A DNA stretch of 64,000 bases. Origin: Candidatus Woesearchaeota archaeon. GTDB lineage: Archaea; Nanobdellota; Nanobdellia; SCGC-AAA011-G17; GW2011-AR20. The stretch spans positions 24,994-88,993 of the forward strand of contig JAGVYY010000031.1 in the NCBI GenBank assembly GCA_018303005.1, written 5' to 3'. Position numbers and translations under genes: made by a program. A model generated the notes under the pieces. That model ran no database searches, was not told the DNA's origin, and worked only from the letters and a program-made list of their open reading frames with translations. Positions 58,327-64,000 of the stretch are shown in pieces (the stretch's first letter is position 1; each line of letters opens with the position of its first letter).

Positions 58327-59512
58327 GAATGTATTATTAGTCTTATTAGTGGTATTAGTGGTAGCAAAATTAATGGGTGGTTTATTTCAGAAGATAGGTT
58401 TAGACAGTTCTATTGGTGAATTATTGACAGGTGTTATTTTGGGTTCATATTTATTAAATCTTGTTGATGCTGAAAAAATAGAACCCTTTGCTTTATTAGG
58501 CTCAATTCTTATTTTATTTATCGCAGGATTAAAGCAGAGTGATATTCAAGAAATGCTAGAAGAAAAAAAGGCGTTTCACATAGGGATTACATTGCTTTTT
58601 GTAACATCTATTTTAATGAGTCTATTATTTTATTATGTTTTAAGGTATTTTGGAATTGAATTCAGTATTGTGCAGGCCATTGTCTTGGGGATTGCATTTG
58701 CTATTATTGATATTGGAGTTCCAGCCAAAGTATTTATATCAAATGGGCTTATTAATTTACCAATTGGAAAACTAATAATTAGGTCGGCAATAATAAATAT
58801 CATTCTTGGCTTATTCTTATTCACAATAGTTACTATATTCTTTAAGCCAAGTTTTTTTGACATATTAACTAAGATTGTAGGAATTTTATTATTTGTCGGA
58901 ATTATAATAGGCCTCATTTATTTCCTGACTAAAATATCTCAATTTGTGATGAAACTTCACATAGAAGAAGCTGAATTATCTTTATCTTTAATATTGGTAC
59001 TTGCATTGGCTTATTTAAGTGATAAGATTGGTTTTTCAAGTGTTTTAGGTGCTTTTATAGCCGGAGTTTTAATTGCAAAAATGCCTTTTAGCGAGACAAC
59101 CACATTCTCACAAAAAATAAAATCAATTTCATTTGGTTTGTTTATTCCATTATTCTTCGTATGGTTTGGTTTAGAGATTGATGTTAATTATATAATACAA
59201 AATATTCTTCTGATATTTCTTATTTTTGTTTCATACACAGCCATAAGGTTTTTCTTAATGTATTTGTTTATGAAAAAATATAAAATTAAAACGATAGGAG
59301 TAGTAAGTTCCTCAATGCTTTCAATAGATGTTGAAAGCTTGGTTATATTATTGGTTGCGAAACAATTGGGGATTTTTACAGATGAAATTCCTCTTTCTCT
59401 ATTTGCACCATCTGTTTTATTAAGTACATTAGTAATAGTGATATTAGTGGCCGTATTTTCAAAAAAAGAATTAAAAAATAAAAAGAGGTTAATAAGCATA
59501 AATGAATCTTGA
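58319..59512 (+). CDS. Monovalent cation:proton antiporter (CPA2/Kef-type)
   Basis: About 11-12 TM helices with the N-terminal motif GELLTGVILG. Its start overlaps the stop of the CBS gene. Confidence 0.7.
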   Translation: MIENVLLVLLVVLVVAKLMGGLFQKIGLDSSIGELLTGVILGSYLLNLVDAEKIEPFALLGSILILFIAGLKQSDIQEMLEEKKAFHIGITLLFVTSILMSLLFYYVLRYFGIEFSIVQAIVLGIAFAIIDIGVPAKVFISNGLINLPIGKLIIRSAIINIILGLFLFTIVTIFFKPSFFDILTKIVGILLFVGIIIGLIYFLTKISQFVMKLHIEEAELSLSLILVLALAYLSDKIGFSSVLGAFIAGVLIAKMPFSETTTFSQKIKSISFGLFIPLFFVWFGLEIDVNYIIQNILLIFLIFVSYTAIRFFLMYLFMKKYKIKTIGVVSSSMLSIDVESLVILLVAKQLGIFTDEIPLSLFAPSVLLSTLVIVILVAVFSKKELKNKKRLISINES

Positions 59513-60860
59513 CAAATTCTTTAAAGCAAAATCTATTGCAATAGTAGGAGTTTCTCAGAATCCAAGTAAGGTAGGCCATGTGATATTTAGAAATTTAATA
59601 GATTCAGGATATAAAGGAGATATATTTATTATAAATCCAAACACAAAAGAGATTCTTGGGTATAAGTCATATAAGAAAATTTATGATATAAAAAATGAGA
59701 TTGATCTGGCAGTAATAGCAGTGCCGGTAGATTTGGTCTTTCAAGTGCTAGAGGATTGTAACAAAAAAAGAGTCAAAAATATTATTATTGTAACCTCAGG
59801 CTTTAAAGAAATAGGAAACTATCAGTTAGAAAACAAGATTAGGAACTTCTTAATTCAGAACAAGATAGATATGATCGGGGTAAATTGTCTTGGAGTGCTG
59901 GACACTTACACAAATGTTGATACATTATTCCTGCCAAGATTCAGATTGAAGAGACCACCTAAAGGAGGGATATCTTTTATTTCACAATCTGGTGCAGTAG
60001 GCTCAACAATATTAGATTTGGCTGCAAAGAATGATTATGGCTTTTCAAAGTTTATAAGTTACGGCAATGCAACTCAAATTGATGAATCTGACTTGATGGA
60101 TTACCTGATTAATGATAAGCAGACAAAAGTTATTTGTATGTACATTGAAGGTGTTGTTGACGGAAAGAAATTCATAGAAACTGCAAAAAAAGCAACAAGG
60201 AAGAAACCAGTGCTTGTGCTTAAAGGGGGGATTACAGAAGAAAGCAATACAGCAACTATAAGTCATACAGGATCTTTGGCAGGAGACGCAGCAATATACA
60301 AAGGTGTATTTAAGCAGACAGGTATCATACAGGTTTCAACAATGGAAGAAATATTTGATTATAGCAAATTACTTGAAAATTCCATAAAACCGAAAGGCCG
60401 AAGAATTCAGGTAATAACAAATGGTGGTGGTTTTGGCATAATAACTACTGATTCCATAATAAAGAATGATCTGGTTTTGGCAGAGCTCTCTGATTCAAGT
60501 AAAAAGATATTAAAGAAAAATTTTCCACCAATAGCCCAGATACATAATCCACTTGATCTTTTAGGAGATGCTAATACAGAAAGATATAAGCTGGCAATTG
60601 AAACATGTATGAATGACAGTAACATAGACATTATATTGGTGATTGCCTTGCTCCAAACACCTTTAGTCACAGTAGATATCGTTGATGTAATAACAGAGTT
60701 AAACGATATAAAGAAAAAACCGATAATTGTGGTATGCACGGGAGGAAACTTCACGCAGGTATTGAAGGATTCATTAGAAGAAAACGGTGTGCCAACATTT
60801 ACTTTTCCAGAGAACGCAGTGAAATCTATTAAATCATTAGTTGATTACGCAAGGAAGTGA
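59502..60860 (+). CDS. Acetyl-CoA synthetase (ADP-forming) alpha subunit (CoA-binding / succinyl-CoA-synthetase-like)
   Basis: IAIVGVS...KVG Rossmann motif and the phospho-His loop ISHTGSLAG. Confidence 0.75.
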   Translation: MNLDKFFKAKSIAIVGVSQNPSKVGHVIFRNLIDSGYKGDIFIINPNTKEILGYKSYKKIYDIKNEIDLAVIAVPVDLVFQVLEDCNKKRVKNIIIVTSGFKEIGNYQLENKIRNFLIQNKIDMIGVNCLGVLDTYTNVDTLFLPRFRLKRPPKGGISFISQSGAVGSTILDLAAKNDYGFSKFISYGNATQIDESDLMDYLINDKQTKVICMYIEGVVDGKKFIETAKKATRKKPVLVLKGGITEESNTATISHTGSLAGDAAIYKGVFKQTGIIQVSTMEEIFDYSKLLENSIKPKGRRIQVITNGGGFGIITTDSIIKNDLVLAELSDSSKKILKKNFPPIAQIHNPLDLLGDANTERYKLAIETCMNDSNIDIILVIALLQTPLVTVDIVDVITELNDIKKKPIIVVCTGGNFTQVLKDSLEENGVPTFTFPENAVKSIKSLVDYARK

Positions 60861-61748
60861 TTATCTTAGTCTTCTTCCAGTGATATTGAGTATTTCCTGG
60901 AAGAACATAGTATTGAATTTTTTGCTGCCATAGTCTTTGAAGTATATCTTTTTCAAGTTGCTGAACATGCCGTCAAGTTTTTTAATCTTTATGTTGGAAT
61001 TATCTTCAATATACTTCAAAAATAAGTCATAATTATAAATCTCGAATTTTTCAGCAGGCCAGATAGCAGTGAACAAAGAAAGTTGGATCTTAAGGACATC
61101 ATCTATGAACCTGCTGTTTTTAATGTCCTTATTTTTGAATAAGGCACCCAGATCTCTTTTTTTCGAAAAATACTGATAATAATATCTCATAAGATAATTT
61201 CCAAGATCCATCTGCATAAGTCTTTCATTGACATATAAATCCTTTAGCAGCATCATAGAATGCTTCATTATGTCAAATATCACATTAGAATCCTTTTTTT
61301 TAACTCTGCTTTTTTTAATGTTTATATAAATGACTTTTTTTAAATCTGATATCATTCTCTTATCAAAATAATCAGGGGTTTTTATATGCATTAATTCATG
61401 TAATATAAGGCCCGTGAGAGCATCCCTGTCATAAAGAAGATAATCTTCATTTTTTAGATCTATTATGATGTAATTAATATTGTCATGTACATAGGAAAAA
61501 GAGACTTCTTTCTTACACAGGTTAATGAATTCTTTCTTTGATTCTGCAGTAAGCTTGTTTATTGCAGAGATACAGTCGCTCTTATTATGTATTATGTAGA
61601 ACACAACATTATTGGGTATCTTGGTTATCATATTTACATGTTTTATTACATCCAAAAAATATCCTCGGTCAAAACCTTTTTTAATAATGGCTTTCATGAG
61701 AGGAATCTTAGAAGAGTTTATATATAAGTTTAATTGTTTTATATACAA
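60861..61748 (-). CDS. Hypothetical protein with an HExxH motif (LILHELMHI), a possible metallopeptidase-like fold
   Basis: 295 aa. Confidence 0.35.
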   Translation of the reverse strand: MYIKQLNLYINSSKIPLMKAIIKKGFDRGYFLDVIKHVNMITKIPNNVVFYIIHNKSDCISAINKLTAESKKEFINLCKKEVSFSYVHDNINYIIIDLKNEDYLLYDRDALTGLILHELMHIKTPDYFDKRMISDLKKVIYINIKKSRVKKKDSNVIFDIMKHSMMLLKDLYVNERLMQMDLGNYLMRYYYQYFSKKRDLGALFKNKDIKNSRFIDDVLKIQLSLFTAIWPAEKFEIYNYDLFLKYIEDNSNIKIKKLDGMFSNLKKIYFKDYGSKKFNTMFFQEILNITGRRLR

Positions 61749-61754
61749 TGAGAG

Positions 61755-62774
61755 GTGATTTTATTGCATCTATTACATAAATTGATGAATGCATCAGGAA
61801 TCTCTGGTTCTGAAGAAGACGTGCGAGAAATTCTGAAAAGAGAAGTAAGGAAGTATGTCTCGGATGTCAAGGTTGACAAATTAGGAAATTTAATAGCGCA
61901 TAAAAAAGGCAAAGCGCCAAAAATAATGCTCGCTGCCCATATGGATGAGATAGGTCTGATAATAAAAAGCATCGACCAAAAAGGAAGGATTTACTTTTCA
62001 AGTCTTGGAGGAATTGAACCATTGACGTTGTTGGGGCAGAGAGTGCATGTTCTAAAGAAAAATGGTTTTATCAATGGTTTTATAACTTTGAATGAGATAA
62101 GCAATGATGCATTAATGAACAGATTGCCTGAAATGACAGATCTATTTATTGACACTGGTCTTGACAAGGCTGAATTGGAAAAGGCAGGTGTTGAGATTGG
62201 GTCTAACATTTCTCTCGGATTCAGACACAATTTCAATCTAGGAAAAAAAGACATAATTGCAGGCAAGGCATTGGATGACAGAATAGGATGCTATATACTG
62301 ACAGAGCTGATAAAGAAGTCTCATAAATTCAAATCTGAGGTATTTTTTGTTTTTACCGTGCAGGAAGAGATAGGGCTTTATGGTGCAAAGACATCAGCAT
62401 ATGAAATAAATCCTGACTATGCAATCGTAGCAGAAGCAACAAGCTCTGACGATATGAAGCCTGAGCCAACAATAAGCATCGGAAAGGGTCCTTGCTTGAC
62501 AATAAAAGATGCTGAATCTGTTTCAGATAAGAAGCTAAACAAGTGGATTAAAGAAGTAGCAAAACAGAAAAGTATAGCAATACAATATGACATAAATGAT
62601 ATCGGAACTACTGATGCGATGACTATAAGCATTTCAAAAGGAGGGGTGCCTGCTGCTGTGATATCAGTAGCTATAAGAAATATACATAGTGCAATGGGCA
62701 TAGCACATGCAGAGGACATAAGGAATGCAATATTGCTTTTTGAGGAGCTGCTGAAGAAGCCTATAAATTATTAG
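61755..62774 (+). CDS. M42-family aminopeptidase (paralog of 54097-55116)
   Basis: AAHMDEIGLI...GKALDDRIGC...VQEEIGLYGA. Confidence 0.8.
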   Translation: MILLHLLHKLMNASGISGSEEDVREILKREVRKYVSDVKVDKLGNLIAHKKGKAPKIMLAAHMDEIGLIIKSIDQKGRIYFSSLGGIEPLTLLGQRVHVLKKNGFINGFITLNEISNDALMNRLPEMTDLFIDTGLDKAELEKAGVEIGSNISLGFRHNFNLGKKDIIAGKALDDRIGCYILTELIKKSHKFKSEVFFVFTVQEEIGLYGAKTSAYEINPDYAIVAEATSSDDMKPEPTISIGKGPCLTIKDAESVSDKKLNKWIKEVAKQKSIAIQYDINDIGTTDAMTISISKGGVPAAVISVAIRNIHSAMGIAHAEDIRNAILLFEELLKKPINY

Positions 62775-63000
62775 GATGAAACGAAAATCATTGCAACAGA
62801 TTGAAGATTTCTACATTACAAAGGGATATCATGGAGAAAATATTAGAAAAGCTCTTGGAAAAGATAATGAATATCAAGGAGCATCAAGGCTTACTAAAAG
62901 AAAACAAAAATTAACAAAAAAATTTAAGGTGAATAACACAGAAAGGAAAAGATGTTGAAAACATCAAACAAGATCATAAAAAAATATTAAAATATTTACT

Positions 63001-63942
63001 ATGAAAAGAAAAACTGTTTTAATTGCTTTAGGCGGAAATGCTATCATAAAAAAAGGGGAAGAAGAAACTTACTCTAATCTAATTAAGAATATTAAGATTA
63101 TCTGTGAGAATTTAATTCCAATAATAAAAAATAACAAAGTAATTATTACTCATGGGAATGGATCAGAGATAGGATTCATTCTTCTACAAAATGAACTTGC
63201 CAGAAGAAAAGTCCCACCAATGCCTTTAGATATTTTAGGAGCAGAATCCCAAGGTTTGATTGGTTATCCTTTAGAAGAACAGTTATTGAATAGATTAAGA
63301 AAACATAGAATAGATAAGCATATAACAACAATATTGACCCAAACATTGGTTAACAAAAATGATACAGCTTTCAAAGATCCAACAAAGTTTATTGGCCCGT
63401 TTTACACAAAAAAACAGACTTTTGAACTGATTAAGAGGGGAATGAAGATTAAGGAAGACCAAGGAAGAGGCTATAGAAGGGTTGTTTCGTCTCCAAAACC
63501 AATAAAGATTCTAGAGGCGGATTCAATTAAAGATTTATTAAAACAAGATAGTATTGTAATTGCAGCAGGTGGCGGTGGAATTCCAGTAATAAAAGACAAA
63601 AAAGGAAATCTAAAAGGTGTTGAAGCTGTCATCGACAAGGACTTGGCAAGCTCTTGCTTGGCTAAATCAATCAAAGTAGACATTATGCTGATATTAACAG
63701 GCGTACATAAAGTTCCCATAAACTTCAGAAAGAAAAACCAAAAATACTTAGACAAGCTAAATATAAAAACTGCAGAGTATTACATGAAACAAGGACAATT
63801 CCCTCCTGGAAATATGGGGCCGAAGATAGAAGCTGCAATTGATTTTATAAAAAGCGGAAAAGGGAAAAAAGTTATAATAACAAGCCCAGAAAATGCATTA
63901 AAAGCTTTAAAAGGAAAAACAGGAACTTTGATTGTAAAGTAA
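63001..63942 (+). CDS. arcC: Carbamate kinase
   Basis: VIALGGNAI...ITHGNG...AAGGGGIPV motifs. 313 aa. Confidence 0.8.
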   Translation: MKRKTVLIALGGNAIIKKGEEETYSNLIKNIKIICENLIPIIKNNKVIITHGNGSEIGFILLQNELARRKVPPMPLDILGAESQGLIGYPLEEQLLNRLRKHRIDKHITTILTQTLVNKNDTAFKDPTKFIGPFYTKKQTFELIKRGMKIKEDQGRGYRRVVSSPKPIKILEADSIKDLLKQDSIVIAAGGGGIPVIKDKKGNLKGVEAVIDKDLASSCLAKSIKVDIMLILTGVHKVPINFRKKNQKYLDKLNIKTAEYYMKQGQFPPGNMGPKIEAAIDFIKSGKGKKVIITSPENALKALKGKTGTLIVK

Positions 63943-64000
63943 TGTTATAACTCCAAATTAATACCCAAACCATAAACAAGCTTATCATTCAGGTCTTTGC

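Overview
This is a contiguous, AT-rich (roughly 30% GC) archaeal chromosome segment. Gene content and style point to a small-genome DPANN-type archaeon.

Housekeeping genes:
- A canonical archaeal ribosomal-protein superoperon runs rpl3-rpl4-rpl23-rpl2-rps19-rpl22-rps3-rpl29-sui1-rnp1-rps17-rpl14-rpl24-rps4e-rpl5-rps14-rps8-rpl6-rpl32e-rpl19e-rpl18-rps5-rpl30-rpl15-secY, followed by a DUF106 YidC-like gene, rpl34e, rpl14e and prefoldin alpha (33.4-48.6 kb).
- Several ribosomal proteins carry K/E-rich tails, and one unknown gene sits between rpl4 and rpl23.
- Other housekeeping genes include argS, serS, type IA topoisomerase, Cdc48, the C-terminal part of LonB, ksgA, nfi, priS, lplA-N/lplB, the ADP-forming acetyl-CoA synthetase alpha and beta subunits, carbamate kinase and two M42 aminopeptidases.
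- There are four tRNA genes: Lys, Gly, Glu and Gln. Three contain introns, and two of those introns sit at non-canonical positions.

Accessory content:
- A roughly 6.5 kb island (8.8-15.7 kb) is packed with toxin-antitoxin modules. It ends at a Xer-like tyrosine recombinase and is punctuated by recurring direct repeats, which gives it a cassette-like look.
- A decaying diversity-generating retroelement lies at 26.5-28.8 kb. Its variable region is in the C-terminus of a target protein and a template repeat shows adenine-biased mismatches. The DGR-type reverse transcriptase is broken by in-frame TAA stops and frameshifts, and the element abuts an intron-containing tRNA-Gly.
- The LonB gene starts inside an intein remnant (degenerate LAGLIDADG region plus the C-terminal splicing block). 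It lacks the N-extein and the N-terminal splicing domain, so it is either a split gene or a truncated one.
- A cluster of secreted surface proteins follows the r-protein operon.

Caveats:
- Several genes (nfi, priS, a vapC paralog, the LonB intein junction) show single-base frame disruptions. These could be real pseudogenisation or assembly errors, and they need read-level verification.
- Between about 27.4 and 28.8 kb my hand-counted coordinates may be off by one base relative to the ORF track.
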